From positions 27,640 through 91,639 of the forward strand of contig CALLQB010000003.1 of the NCBI GenBank assembly GCA_938015295.1: a stretch of 64,000 nt of DNA. Reading direction: 5' to 3'. Below are positions 1 through 8,924 of the stretch, in pieces (position 1 is the stretch's first letter; the number at the start of each line of letters is the position of its first letter). The DNA is from an uncultured Acidimicrobiales bacterium (GTDB taxonomy: Bacteria; Actinomycetota; Acidimicrobiia; Acidimicrobiales; SHLQ01). Made by a program: the position numbers and the translations under genes. The notes under the pieces are model-generated. The model was not told where the DNA came from, searched no databases, and worked only from the letters and a program-made list of their open reading frames with translations.

Positions 1-257
1 CTTCGACCGACGCAAACGGGAACCCCTTCCCGGGCCGCGCCGATGTCCAAGTCATCGGAGGACAACTTCAGGAAACCACCGAAGCGGTGTTGTTCGAACT
101 TCTCGACCAAGGATTCCAACTTCGTTGGGCCGTGGCCGGCGAACTCGTCCTTTCCAGCTTCGACGGGGCCCTGGCCCGAGTAAACGTCAACCCGACCCCG
201 TCGGTCTGACTCGTTGTAGCAAGCTTCCCCAAGAACCCCACCAATACATCCCCCCAA
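1..257 (-). CDS. partial CDS, hypothetical protein (gene runs off the left edge; start uncertain)
   Basis: This minus-strand frame is open to the window edge, so it is absent from the ORF track. The translation ...VDVYSGQGPVEAGKDEFAGHGPTKLESLVEKFEQHRFGGFLKLSSDDLDIGAAREGVPVCVGR is compositionally protein-like with mostly G/C third positions. The only in-frame start outside the neighbouring gene is TTG at 257. No family recognised. Confidence 0.3.
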   Translation of the reverse strand, partial: MGGCIGGVLGEACYNESDRRGRVDVYSGQGPVEAGKDEFAGHGPTKLESLVEKFEQHRFGGFLKLSSDDLDIGAAREGVPVCVGR

Positions 258-276
258 ATTGCAAGAGGTAAATAAC

Positions 277-1920
277 GTGACGCAGCAGCAGGGCTCCACC
301 GCACCAACGAACCGGTTACGCATCGGCATCGTTGGTTGTGGCTACTGGGGTTCCAAACACACCCGGGTACTCAGCGGTCGAGGCGACGTTGACGTCGTGC
401 TCATCGACCGTGACCAGCGTCGTATCGACGAGCTCAGCTCAGCGTTCGATGTCACCGCGTCGTTCAACGATTTCGAGGAAGCCCTCGACCATGTCGATGC
501 TGTCGTCATCGCTACGCCGCCCACCGGCCATTACCCGCTAGGCAAGATGGCGCTCGAGCACGGCATTCACGCCATGATCGAAAAACCACTCGCCACTAGC
601 GTCGAGCACGCTGCAGAGCTCACTCGCATAGCCGAGGAGCGTGGTCTTGCGCTCATGGTCGGGCATACCTTCGTCTTCAACCCCTCGGTGTGGAAGCTTC
701 GCGAAGTGGTCGAAGAGTCCGGCTTTGGTGAAGTGCTCTACATCTACGGTGCTCGCCTCAACCTGGGTCTCTACCAGCCTGACGTAAACGTTGTGTGGGA
801 CCTTGCACCTCACGACATCTCGATCATCAACTACCTGCTTCGCTCGGCTCCCGAGACCGTAAGCGCCTGGGGATCGAGCCACGCTGGTGCGGAAGAACGC
901 GAAGACGTTGCCTTTGTGCAGCTTCGTTACAAGAACCCGAACGTCACGGCCACTATTCACGTGAGCTGGCTCGACCCGGCCAAGGTGCGTCGTACCACCG
1001 TGGTGGGTAAGCGCCGCATGGTCGTGTACGACGATGTTGCTGAAGAGCCAATTCGTGTCTATGACAAGGCTGTCGAAAGCCCCGACATGCCGAACATGCA
1101 CGACCGTCCAATGTCGTACCGTCACGGCGACGTGCTTTCACCGTTCATCAAGGCCGACGAGCCGCTTTCGGTCGAACTTGGTCACTTTGTCGATTGCATC
1201 CGCTCCGGTCAGCGTCCAATCGCCGACGGTCGGGCAGGTCTCGACGTTGTCCGTGTCCTCGTTGCTGCCGACCAGTCGATGGCAAACGGCGGCATCGCCA
1301 TCAACCTCGACCAGGTTGAACTTGGCGACCTCGAGGATGGCCAACGCAAGCTCGACAAGGTGCTTGCCGAACAAAAGGCAGCCGAGGCTGCCAAAGGCCC
1401 ACGCGAAGCGTCCGCTGTAGCTGCAGGAGCCGTGCCGGCGGGAAAACCCTTGGGCGCCAGCCTCTCGTTCGGCGCCAATCCTCCTGAAGAACTCATCTTG
1501 CGCTCTCGTGGCTCCGAGCTCACCCCAATGATCGACCTGTTCTGCCGTCGTTTGATGGACTCAGGATTCGACCTGCGATGGAGCCAACGCAACGAGGTTG
1601 CCCTCGGGTCTGACTCGGGCGCAATTGCTTTGTTCGACCTCGATCACGACGGCCCCGCCGGCGGTGAGGCGGTTCTTCGTCTCTTCGGATTCCCGTCCTA
1701 CGACGCTCGGGCGATGCTCGCCGATGCGTTGAGTGGCGAAGCCGAATTGCTTGTTACCGAATGGAACGAGCACGAAATCGAGCTGAGTGGTTTCGACGGC
1801 GTCCGGGTAACCCTCGGTCGTATCGACGCAGCCACAACGCGCGAAATTGACGTCACCGACGTCGCAACCCAAAAGATGAACCCCGACACCAATGGCTTTG
1901 CCAACTCCGAAAGGAACTGA
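277..1920 (+). CDS. Gfo/Idh/MocA-family NAD(P)-dependent sugar oxidoreductase with a ~200-aa C-terminal extension of unknown function
   Basis: ORF track 259..1920; start moved to GTG 277, which has AAGAGG about 7-8 nt upstream. It has the Rossmann motif RIGIVGCGYWGSKH and the MIEKPLA motif typical of the family. The catalytic part ends near residue ~345 and the rest is unassigned. Confidence 0.85.
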   Translation: MTQQQGSTAPTNRLRIGIVGCGYWGSKHTRVLSGRGDVDVVLIDRDQRRIDELSSAFDVTASFNDFEEALDHVDAVVIATPPTGHYPLGKMALEHGIHAMIEKPLATSVEHAAELTRIAEERGLALMVGHTFVFNPSVWKLREVVEESGFGEVLYIYGARLNLGLYQPDVNVVWDLAPHDISIINYLLRSAPETVSAWGSSHAGAEEREDVAFVQLRYKNPNVTATIHVSWLDPAKVRRTTVVGKRRMVVYDDVAEEPIRVYDKAVESPDMPNMHDRPMSYRHGDVLSPFIKADEPLSVELGHFVDCIRSGQRPIADGRAGLDVVRVLVAADQSMANGGIAINLDQVELGDLEDGQRKLDKVLAEQKAAEAAKGPREASAVAAGAVPAGKPLGASLSFGANPPEELILRSRGSELTPMIDLFCRRLMDSGFDLRWSQRNEVALGSDSGAIALFDLDHDGPAGGEAVLRLFGFPSYDARAMLADALSGEAELLVTEWNEHEIELSGFDGVRVTLGRIDAATTREIDVTDVATQKMNPDTNGFANSERN

Positions 1921-1930
1921 AGGAAAACCG

Positions 1931-3058
1931 ATGGCTCCCCCCGCCAAGATGAACGTCCCCTTCCTCGACCTCGCATCACTACACGCGCCTCTCCAGGCCG
2001 AGTTTGATGAGGTCTGGGCAAAAGTCACCGAGGCAAACGCCTTTATTGGTGGCACCTGGTGCGAGAAATTCGAACAAGAATTTGCCGCCTATATCGGAAC
2101 CGAGCACGCCATTGGCTGTGCGAACGGCACCGATGCTCTCGAGCTCATTATCCGAGCCCTTGGTATCGGACCTGGCGACGAGGTAATCGTTCCTGCGAAC
2201 ACCTTTATCGCCACCGCAGAGGCTGTGGCCGCCGCTGGTGCTGTGCCGGTGTTCGTCGATGTCGATCCGGCAACGATGCTCATCACCGCCGACGGTATTG
2301 AAAAAGCAGCGACCGACAAGACCGCTGCGGTCATGGTAGTGCACCTTTACGGTCAGGCTGCCGCGATGGATAGCATCTCGGAAGTCTGTGAAAAGCACGG
2401 CATCGCGATTATCGAAGATACTGCGCAGGCTCACGGCGCTACCTGGGACGGCAAGAAAGCCGGATCTTGGGGCGTTGCCGCCGGATTCAGTTTCTACCCA
2501 GGCAAAAACCTCGGTGCGTTCGGTGACGGCGGTGCCATTACAACCAACGATGCAGCACTCGCCGAGCAGATCCGCTCGATTGCTTTCCATGGTCGTTCGA
2601 TCACCTCGCGGTATCACCACGACAACATGGGCATGAACAGCCGTCTCGACGGCCTTCAGGCTGGCATCCTCAGCGTGAAGCTCCGTCACCTCGACGGCTG
2701 GAACGCCGATCGTCAACGGGTGCGCGACCGCTATGAAGCCGGCCTCGCCGACCTCGCTGCGCTGCCACTGGTTGGCGTGCATGAGCGGGCGACATCGGTA
2801 CACCATCTGTGTGTCGTACAGTCCGATAACCGCGAAGAGCTCATGGCTTACCTGGGTGAACGCGGCATCGGAAACTCCATTCATTACCCCGTGCCTTGCC
2901 ACATGAACGATCCCTTTAAGAAATGGGCTCCTTCGATTGCGCCAGTCGTCACAGAGACGGCCGCACCGAAAATCATGTCGCTTCCCATGTACCCGGCACT
3001 CACTGACGACATGATCGACTACACCCTCGAGGCACTTCATGACTTCCACGCTCGATAG
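1931..3058 (+). CDS. DegT/DnrJ/EryC1/StrS-family PLP-dependent sugar aminotransferase
   Basis: ORF track 1892..3058; ATG 1931 is preceded by GAAGGA. Motifs: GTDALELIIRALGIGPGDEVIVPANTFIAT, DTAQAHGA, and FSFYPGKNLGAFGDGG (PLP-lysine region). Confidence 0.9.
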   Translation: MAPPAKMNVPFLDLASLHAPLQAEFDEVWAKVTEANAFIGGTWCEKFEQEFAAYIGTEHAIGCANGTDALELIIRALGIGPGDEVIVPANTFIATAEAVAAAGAVPVFVDVDPATMLITADGIEKAATDKTAAVMVVHLYGQAAAMDSISEVCEKHGIAIIEDTAQAHGATWDGKKAGSWGVAAGFSFYPGKNLGAFGDGGAITTNDAALAEQIRSIAFHGRSITSRYHHDNMGMNSRLDGLQAGILSVKLRHLDGWNADRQRVRDRYEAGLADLAALPLVGVHERATSVHHLCVVQSDNREELMAYLGERGIGNSIHYPVPCHMNDPFKKWAPSIAPVVTETAAPKIMSLPMYPALTDDMIDYTLEALHDFHAR

Positions 3059-3917
3059 ACCAGCGAATTCTCCTTTTGAGGAGGTTCCGGTCGGCGGGAC
3101 GACGTTGGAGACTTTTGACTTCAACAGTCGGGGCGACAGTGTCGCTCTCGAGCCCGTGTTCCGTTCACGCCCCTCAGGCAAGCTTCTCACCTCAATCGGA
3201 TTGGTTGCGTTGGTCATCACGGCACTTTGTGCCGAGGTTGCCTACGTAGTCGCCGACCTGCAGCCCAACGTTTGGGCAGCGCGGTCACAGATCCAGTACC
3301 AGGGTGCGACGTGGGTTGAGACCCAGTCTGAGCGTGTCAACAGCCGGAGTCTGCTTGAGCCGATTGCGCTTGCCGAAGGTATCCCGATCGACGAGTTCGA
3401 GGCAGCTTGGACTGGTGGACAGGTACTTGGTACCGAAATCCTGCAGTTTGAGTACGCCAGCGAAGATCCCGATCAGGCTCTTGCCGTCGTCGAGCAGGTG
3501 ACCAACCGTTATCTGGCCGAGTTCCAGGCGGATGCCGACGAGGTCCCAGCGGCGTTGCTTGACTATCAAGCTCTCGAAAAGCAGTACTCCGACCAGATTG
3601 CAGCATCTGCAGCATTGGTCGAAGAGCTGTCTGACGAACTTGGTGCCAATGGGCAACCGAAGCCGGCCTACAATGCTGCGTTGCAGTCGTTGCAGACCGA
3701 CCGAGCCTCGCTCAACGCTGTTCGTTTGCAGATCGCCGGGTTCGGTGTGTTCAACCGGGGAATTCAAACTCCCGAGTTGGTGACCGATCCGTTCTTGCTT
3801 TCGCAACCGGTTGCACCGCTGCCTGGCAAGCGGGCGATCTTCGGACTCATTGGTGGCATGGCCTTGGCGACAGCGTTTGTGTTTGTTGCTCTGCGCATCG
3901 CCGCTACCCGTCGCTGA
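3039..3917 (+). CDS. Wzz/PCP-like polysaccharide chain-length determinant protein (no kinase domain)
   Basis: It has an N-terminal TM helix (LLTSIGLVALVITALCAEVAYVV), a long helical soluble region and a C-terminal TM helix (IFGLIGGMALATAFVFVALRIA). This is the two-TM topology of chain-length regulators, and the gene sits in a polysaccharide cluster. The family call is tentative. Confidence 0.55.
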   Translation: MTSTLDRPANSPFEEVPVGGTTLETFDFNSRGDSVALEPVFRSRPSGKLLTSIGLVALVITALCAEVAYVVADLQPNVWAARSQIQYQGATWVETQSERVNSRSLLEPIALAEGIPIDEFEAAWTGGQVLGTEILQFEYASEDPDQALAVVEQVTNRYLAEFQADADEVPAALLDYQALEKQYSDQIAASAALVEELSDELGANGQPKPAYNAALQSLQTDRASLNAVRLQIAGFGVFNRGIQTPELVTDPFLLSQPVAPLPGKRAIFGLIGGMALATAFVFVALRIAATRR

Positions 3918-3968
3918 AGCTCTGCTGCAGCTGACCTATCCAATTCGAGTTACTAGCCGGAAGATTCC

Positions 3969-6314
3969 ATGGCTGAGATAACTATTGCTCCTGGGCAAAA
4001 ATCGGGAATCGGCCGCATGCCGAAGCCGAAACTACCAGGACGGCCTGCCAGCTCTGATGCTGCGCAGCCGACCTCTGGTAGCCACAAGCCCGGACTGATC
4101 GACCGTGTCATTGCTGGCACTGGTCGTTCGGTCGAGCGTCGACTGTTCGCATCTATGGCAGCGTTCACGCTGATCATGGGTGCGATGATCGCGACCGACG
4201 ACAACCGCATCTTGGGTGCTGCTGTCGCCATCGCCATCATTGGGTTGGTTGTGCAGTACCCGCCGTTTGCCTCGTGGATCCTTGTGGCGGGCACGCCGTT
4301 CATTGTCGGTGTGCCCCGCAACCTGTACTTGCCGTTGCTGCGGCCCAATGAGGTTTTCCTCATTATCGTGTGTTTCGCGCTGGGGGTTCGTTGGCTTTTC
4401 AAGTCGCGAAACTTCACGTTCAAGATCAACAAATTCGAAGTTGTGATGTTGATCTTTGTGTTCTTCGGGTCGGTAATGCCGCTGGTGTTCACCTACGGCC
4501 GGCTCCGTCCGCTGCTGAACGACGACATTTTCTACTCGATCACGTTGTGGAAGTTCGTAGCGATCTACGCAATCATCAAGTCAACGATCCGCACTCCGCA
4601 GCAGGTACGTGAGTTGCTTTGGGTCACCCTGCTTGCCTCCACGGTCATTGGCTTCATGGCGGTCCTCGACTCCCGTAACACCGCCAACTTCGCCTTTACG
4701 TTGGCGAACTACTTCCCGCCAGGCCAAAACGTCATCAACGACGGCCGTGGAGCGGCCACCATTGGTAACCCGATTGGTTTGGGCGGCTACATGGCCATTC
4801 ATTCTTTCATTGCTTTCGCTATGTTGCTGAAGGGCGAGCGTCCGGTCTGGCTGCTCGGCCCAATTGCGTTCATGGGTGTATTCGGCACCATGGGCTCTGG
4901 CCAGACCAGTGGCCTGATCGCACTGGTTGCCGGCACGGCCGGATTCGTTCTGGTCACCAAGAGCATCAAAAAGGTCCTCACCTTTGGTATCCCGGTGATG
5001 ATCGTGACCAGCTTCTTGTTGTATCCAATCATCGAGGCTCGGGTCACCGGGTTGTCGAACGACGGGACTCTCACCTCCTGGCAACGCGACGGCATCGAGA
5101 ATCTGCCTCCGCAGGATCAGCCGTTCGCCATTTACGTCACCAACCCTGGTTCAAGCTGGGACGTGCGGCAATACAACCTCGAGTCGTTCTTCTTGCCACA
5201 ATTCAAGTCGCTCAACGACTGGCTGTGGGGCGTGAGTCCACAGGCCCGTGTACCCGAGCCTGACTCAGGCGTGAACGATGCGCAGTACATTTGGATCGAG
5301 AGCGGACACCTCTGGTTGTTCTGGATCGGCGGGCTACCACTCTTTGTCGCCTTCATGTTGTTCATGTTCTACGGCGCCAAATACATGTGGGACCAGTCTC
5401 GGTCCCGGGAAGGGCCGGTAGCCATTGCTGCGGTAGGCGCCTTCTCCGCTTTCTGTGCACTGTTTGTTGTGCAGACCTTTGATCCGCACATCACTTTGCG
5501 CGGTTCGGCCGATATTTTTTGGCCGCTGATTGCACTGGCGTCGGTGGGCGCGCCTTCTATCCGTTGGTTCCCGGAGGGTAAATCCATGTTTGTTTCCGAT
5601 GGCCGAGGCTATGGCTTCAGCAAGCTGCTACTGGAAGACCCAGCAGCGATTCGTCGACGTGACGCCTTGCAGCGTTTGCGTCCAGGCATCATCACACGGG
5701 CGATCAAGCGCACATTCGACATTGTCGTATCGGGCTTGGGTTTGCTGGTGCTTGCCGTCCCCTTGTTGCTCATCATGGCGGCCATTCGGCTCACCTCGAA
5801 AGGTCCTGCACTGTTCAAACAGGAGCGAGTTGGTCTCCTCGAAGAACCGTTCACCATTTACAAGCTTCGTACTATGGCGGCCAACAACGATGACAGCGAG
5901 CATCGCGAGTTTGTCAAGCAGCAGCTTCTTGACCCAAATGTCACGGCAAACACCGAGGACGGCGCCTTCAAGCTCCAGGATTCTCGGGTTACTGGTATCG
6001 GCAGCGTCCTCCGCCGGTTCAGCCTCGACGAACTCCCGCAGCTGATGAATGTGTTGAAGGGCGACATGTCGCTGATCGGCCCACGACCGGCGCTTCCTTG
6101 GGAAGTCGAACTTTTTGCTCCTGAGCACCGCATGCGTTCGTTGGTGAAGCCTGGCTGTACTGGCCTCTGGCAGGTTTCGGGGCGAAACAAGCTCACCTCG
6201 CTGCAGATGCTCGACCTTGACGTCGATTATGCCGGTGAGGTTTCGTTTCCTCGAGACATCGGCATTCTTGTCAAGACGCCGCTGGTGCTGGTGCGAGGCG
6301 ACGGCGCCCGTTAA
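3969..6314 (+). CDS. fusion protein: polytopic O-antigen polymerase/ligase-like (Wzy/WaaL-type) membrane domain + C-terminal bacterial sugar transferase (phosphoglycosyl transferase, WbaP/EpsL type)
   Basis: Single 781-aa ORF. Residues ~50-540 contain ten or more hydrophobic helices with one large loop. Residues ~560-781 carry PGT motifs: FDIVVSGLGLLVLAVPLLLIMAAI, KGPALFKQERVG, YKLRTM, DELPQLMNVLKGDMSLIGPRP, PGCTGLWQVSGR. The PGT call is strong; the Wzy/ligase call rests on topology only. Confidence 0.75.
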   Translation: MAEITIAPGQKSGIGRMPKPKLPGRPASSDAAQPTSGSHKPGLIDRVIAGTGRSVERRLFASMAAFTLIMGAMIATDDNRILGAAVAIAIIGLVVQYPPFASWILVAGTPFIVGVPRNLYLPLLRPNEVFLIIVCFALGVRWLFKSRNFTFKINKFEVVMLIFVFFGSVMPLVFTYGRLRPLLNDDIFYSITLWKFVAIYAIIKSTIRTPQQVRELLWVTLLASTVIGFMAVLDSRNTANFAFTLANYFPPGQNVINDGRGAATIGNPIGLGGYMAIHSFIAFAMLLKGERPVWLLGPIAFMGVFGTMGSGQTSGLIALVAGTAGFVLVTKSIKKVLTFGIPVMIVTSFLLYPIIEARVTGLSNDGTLTSWQRDGIENLPPQDQPFAIYVTNPGSSWDVRQYNLESFFLPQFKSLNDWLWGVSPQARVPEPDSGVNDAQYIWIESGHLWLFWIGGLPLFVAFMLFMFYGAKYMWDQSRSREGPVAIAAVGAFSAFCALFVVQTFDPHITLRGSADIFWPLIALASVGAPSIRWFPEGKSMFVSDGRGYGFSKLLLEDPAAIRRRDALQRLRPGIITRAIKRTFDIVVSGLGLLVLAVPLLLIMAAIRLTSKGPALFKQERVGLLEEPFTIYKLRTMAANNDDSEHREFVKQQLLDPNVTANTEDGAFKLQDSRVTGIGSVLRRFSLDELPQLMNVLKGDMSLIGPRPALPWEVELFAPEHRMRSLVKPGCTGLWQVSGRNKLTSLQMLDLDVDYAGEVSFPRDIGILVKTPLVLVRGDGAR

Positions 6315-6388
6315 GGACTGGGTTATCGTCGATACATCTCGACCATCGGCCGACTAAAGATACTTCGAACCTTCGTGAGATCGTTTAG

Positions 6389-7483
6389 GTGGCGCTCTGT
6401 GCTGTCGATACGAAAGACACGATGCCCGAGATTGTCGATGTGCTGAACGAGCCTTCCTGGGACCTTGCCGTTGCTGATACCGACGGTGAGCTCTTCCAGT
6501 CGCGCCCGTGGATGCGGTGCCTAGCGGAGACTTTTGGGTTCAACTTTCAAGCATCAGTAGAGCGCGACGATCGTGGGTCGATTGTCGAAGGTATTCCGTT
6601 CGTTCGCATCGATGACCTTCGGGGGCCCCGGACTGTCGTGCTGCCTTTCAGCGACTATGTGTTACCCCTGGTCGCAGACGATCTTTCGTGGAAGTGCCTA
6701 GTCGAACCACTACTCGCCTTTGGCGACCCGGTGATCGTGCAAACCTCGGCCGATTCGTGCGTGGCCCGAGATGGTCGATTTGTCCCTGATCTCGAAACGA
6801 TCCGCCACGCTGTGGCCTTCGATGCCGACCGCGAGACAATTGTCGCTCGATTCGGACAACAACCACGCCGCCACATTCGCAAGGCCGAGAAGTCCGGCCT
6901 TACGTTTCGGATGGCAAACACGCGGGCCGAACTGCAGAGCTTCTATGACCTGCACTTTGGCGTTCGAAAGTACAAGCACCAGCTGTTGTGTCAGCCCTTT
7001 GCATTGTTCGAATCGCTTTGGCGAAACTTCATCGCCGACGGCGATGGCGGCGTCATGCTCGGTTTCGATGGAGACGTAGTCGCCGGTGGCTGCCTGCTGC
7101 TTGAAGCAGGGGAGACCCTTTACTATAAGTACAGCGCCTCGCATCCTGACTACCGCAGCAAAGGCGTCAGTCATGGCGCTGTGATGGGTGCAATTGACTA
7201 TGGCCTCGAGCAAGGTCTTTTGCGCCTGGATTTGGGTCGTAGCGACCTTGAACCGTCTGGGCTTGTCGATTTCAAGCGCCGCTTCGGCTCCACGTCTTCG
7301 ACCCTGATGCGTTTTTGTCACCTACCCGCTGGTACCCCCGACGCCCCGCTCTGTCACCATGGCGACGCATTCGACGACGCTGGTGAACTCCTTACCGAAC
7401 TTACCGAGCTCTTCGTCGATCCGCTGGTGCCCGACGAGTTGACGATGCAGGCCGGCGAACGCCTGTACCGTTACTTTGCCTGA
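6389..7483 (+). CDS. FemAB/BioF2-like GNAT-superfamily acyltransferase
   Basis: 364-aa ORF. The segments RHIRKAEKSGLTFRMA...FYDLH...K and GGCLLLEAGETLYYKYSASHPDYRSKGVSHGAVMGAIDYGLEQGLLRLDLGRS...GLVDFKRRFG resemble FemAB-like/CelD-type acetyltransferase domains. An alternative start is ATG 6422. Confidence 0.65.
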   Translation: MALCAVDTKDTMPEIVDVLNEPSWDLAVADTDGELFQSRPWMRCLAETFGFNFQASVERDDRGSIVEGIPFVRIDDLRGPRTVVLPFSDYVLPLVADDLSWKCLVEPLLAFGDPVIVQTSADSCVARDGRFVPDLETIRHAVAFDADRETIVARFGQQPRRHIRKAEKSGLTFRMANTRAELQSFYDLHFGVRKYKHQLLCQPFALFESLWRNFIADGDGGVMLGFDGDVVAGGCLLLEAGETLYYKYSASHPDYRSKGVSHGAVMGAIDYGLEQGLLRLDLGRSDLEPSGLVDFKRRFGSTSSTLMRFCHLPAGTPDAPLCHHGDAFDDAGELLTELTELFVDPLVPDELTMQAGERLYRYFA

Positions 7484-7516
7484 GGCACACAGCCGCTTAG
7501 CTAGGAGAAAATCATC

Positions 7517-8227
7517 GTGAGTCGAGTTCTCAACCGTCTCAAAGTGCTCGCCGACCAGGTCAAAGCTGGCGAGCTCGACAATGTAAAAGCCGATATTGCT
7601 GGGTGGATGAACTCATCGACCGAATCGGTGGGCTTTCGCCGCGACTTCACCAAGACCTACAACCGGCACACCAAGGCCGACATCGCACTTACGGCGGTCG
7701 CCCTTAACGACGCCCTCGCCGAACGCACGTTCAATACCGATGGCATGAAGGACCGAGACAAGCAGTTTCTCGACCGTCGCCGGGCTATCTGGGAAGAAGG
7801 GTTTCAGGGCGCATACGTCGCCGTGGATCCTGACGGAGAACCTGCGTATCTCCAGTGGTTCATTCCGCATACCCAAGCGGCAAAGGTCAAGTCCTATTGG
7901 GGGCCGTTGTTTCCCGACTTTGGCGCCGACACCTTGATCGTCGAGGGAGCATGGATACCTCCGGCGTTTCGTAAGAAGAATGTGATGGGAGAGGGCTTGT
8001 ATCTCACCTCCGAAGCAGCAAAGGCAGGGAGTCCCGACGTCGTGCGATACGCGACGTGTTATCCGGAGGCGGCAAACAAAGGTGCCGTTCTCGGCACACA
8101 CTCCGGCGGATACGACGTGTTTGAGAAACGAACAGAGACGTGGAAATACGGTCGGCGAAGTGTCGACTTCGTGCCCGCTACCGAAGCCGACTTTGCGGTG
8201 TTCGACGGGTACAACAGCGGTTCCTGA
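7517..8227 (+). CDS. hypothetical protein, possibly GNAT-like acyltransferase
   Basis: GTG start preceded by AGGAGA. The segment IVEGAWIPPAFRKKNVMGEGLYLTSEAAKAG resembles the GNAT acetyl-CoA loop (R-x-x-G-x-G/A). The family call is weak. Confidence 0.45.
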   Translation: MSRVLNRLKVLADQVKAGELDNVKADIAGWMNSSTESVGFRRDFTKTYNRHTKADIALTAVALNDALAERTFNTDGMKDRDKQFLDRRRAIWEEGFQGAYVAVDPDGEPAYLQWFIPHTQAAKVKSYWGPLFPDFGADTLIVEGAWIPPAFRKKNVMGEGLYLTSEAAKAGSPDVVRYATCYPEAANKGAVLGTHSGGYDVFEKRTETWKYGRRSVDFVPATEADFAVFDGYNSGS

Positions 8228-8285
8228 AAGTTGCGCTCCGCCACGTAGGTGTCGGGTTGAGTAGCTGCTAACATCTTACGCTCCG

Positions 8286-8359
8286 GGGCGTTTAGCTCAG
8301 TTGGCTAGAGCACCTCCATGACATGGAGGGGGTCGGGGGTTCAAGTCCCTCAACGCCCA
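8286..8359 (+). tRNA. tRNA-Val (anticodon GAC)
   Basis: The cloverleaf was folded by hand. Acceptor GGGCGTT/AACGCCC. D arm GCTC-AGTTGGCTA-GAGC. Anticodon arm CCTCC-ATGACAT-GGAGG with GAC at positions 34-36. Variable loop 5 nt. T arm GGGGG-TTCAAGT-CCCTC. Discriminator A. CCA is not encoded. Total length 74 nt. Confidence 0.93.
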
Positions 8360-8516
8360 CGTCGTTCGTCAGTCCTGGCGGACTTCCTCTCTTACGGAGT
8401 TTGGCTGCGCCAAACGTCCCATTGCCCGGAAGTTCGCAGGGGTTTCTATACCGTCCCGACAGGACCCCTTCGTTCGTGTCGTTCGTCAGCCCGACCAGAC
8501 CAGCGCAACTTCCAGA

Positions 8517-8569
8517 ATCTCGTGACGCCAGGCGACAAATATTGTCGCCCTGGGTCACGAGATCTCGTG
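8517..8569 (+). promoter_or_regulatory. nested inverted repeats (possible operator or structured leader) upstream of small ORF 8586
   Basis: The outer arms CTCGTGAC (8519..8526) and GTCACGAG (8554..8561) enclose the inner arms GGCGACA and TGTCGCC. The right arm is itself part of the perfect 14-nt palindrome CACGAGATCTCGTG (8556..8569). Function unknown. Confidence 0.3.
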
Positions 8570-8585
8570 CCACCTGCCCGTCATC

Positions 8586-8924
8586 ATGGGTGTGCTGGGA
8601 GTACTTCTTGGTGGCAGCACCTTTGGCATCCTTGTGAGGCGCAACACCTTAGGAGTTGGCGTCGTTTTCGGCGCCAGCTATCTGCTTCTGCTCGCCATCG
8701 GGTTTCGCCACCTCCGAGCGGCCACAAAGGACATCGACTGCGCCGAAGGGGACTGCATGCTCCCAACGCCGAGTCGCAGGCAGCCACCCCCGAAAGTTTG
8801 TTCTAGAACGGCCAAATTTGGTCGTTCTGCAGCAACAGAACATGAGACGTTCGGTTCTGTTGTTGAGGTGCGACCGTCTGGTGGCGTTTTGGAGCAAAAT
8901 TTCGGGGTGCGCTGGCTGGGGTAG
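8586..8924 (+). CDS. hypothetical small protein with two N-terminal hydrophobic helices (coding status doubtful)
   Basis: ORF track 112 aa. The first ~45 aa (MGVLGVLLGGSTFGILVRRNTLGVGVVFGASYLLLLAIGF) look like a two-TM hairpin with moderately G/C-rich third positions. The second half has poor codon bias. Confidence 0.25.
   Translation: MGVLGVLLGGSTFGILVRRNTLGVGVVFGASYLLLLAIGFRHLRAATKDIDCAEGDCMLPTPSRRQPPPKVCSRTAKFGRSAATEHETFGSVVEVRPSGGVLEQNFGVRWLG

Noticed and set aside
1979-3220. Many long antisense or alternative-frame ORFs in the track (e.g. 1979..3220, 15771..16994, 24478..25578, 33990..34955, 36838..37626, 53651..54754, 58254..59108, 61931..62671)
   Set aside because: Each lies opposite or out of frame to a gene with clear family motifs. 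Their translations are Arg/Pro/Gly/Ser-rich and motif-free, which is the usual shadow-ORF artefact of high-GC DNA.
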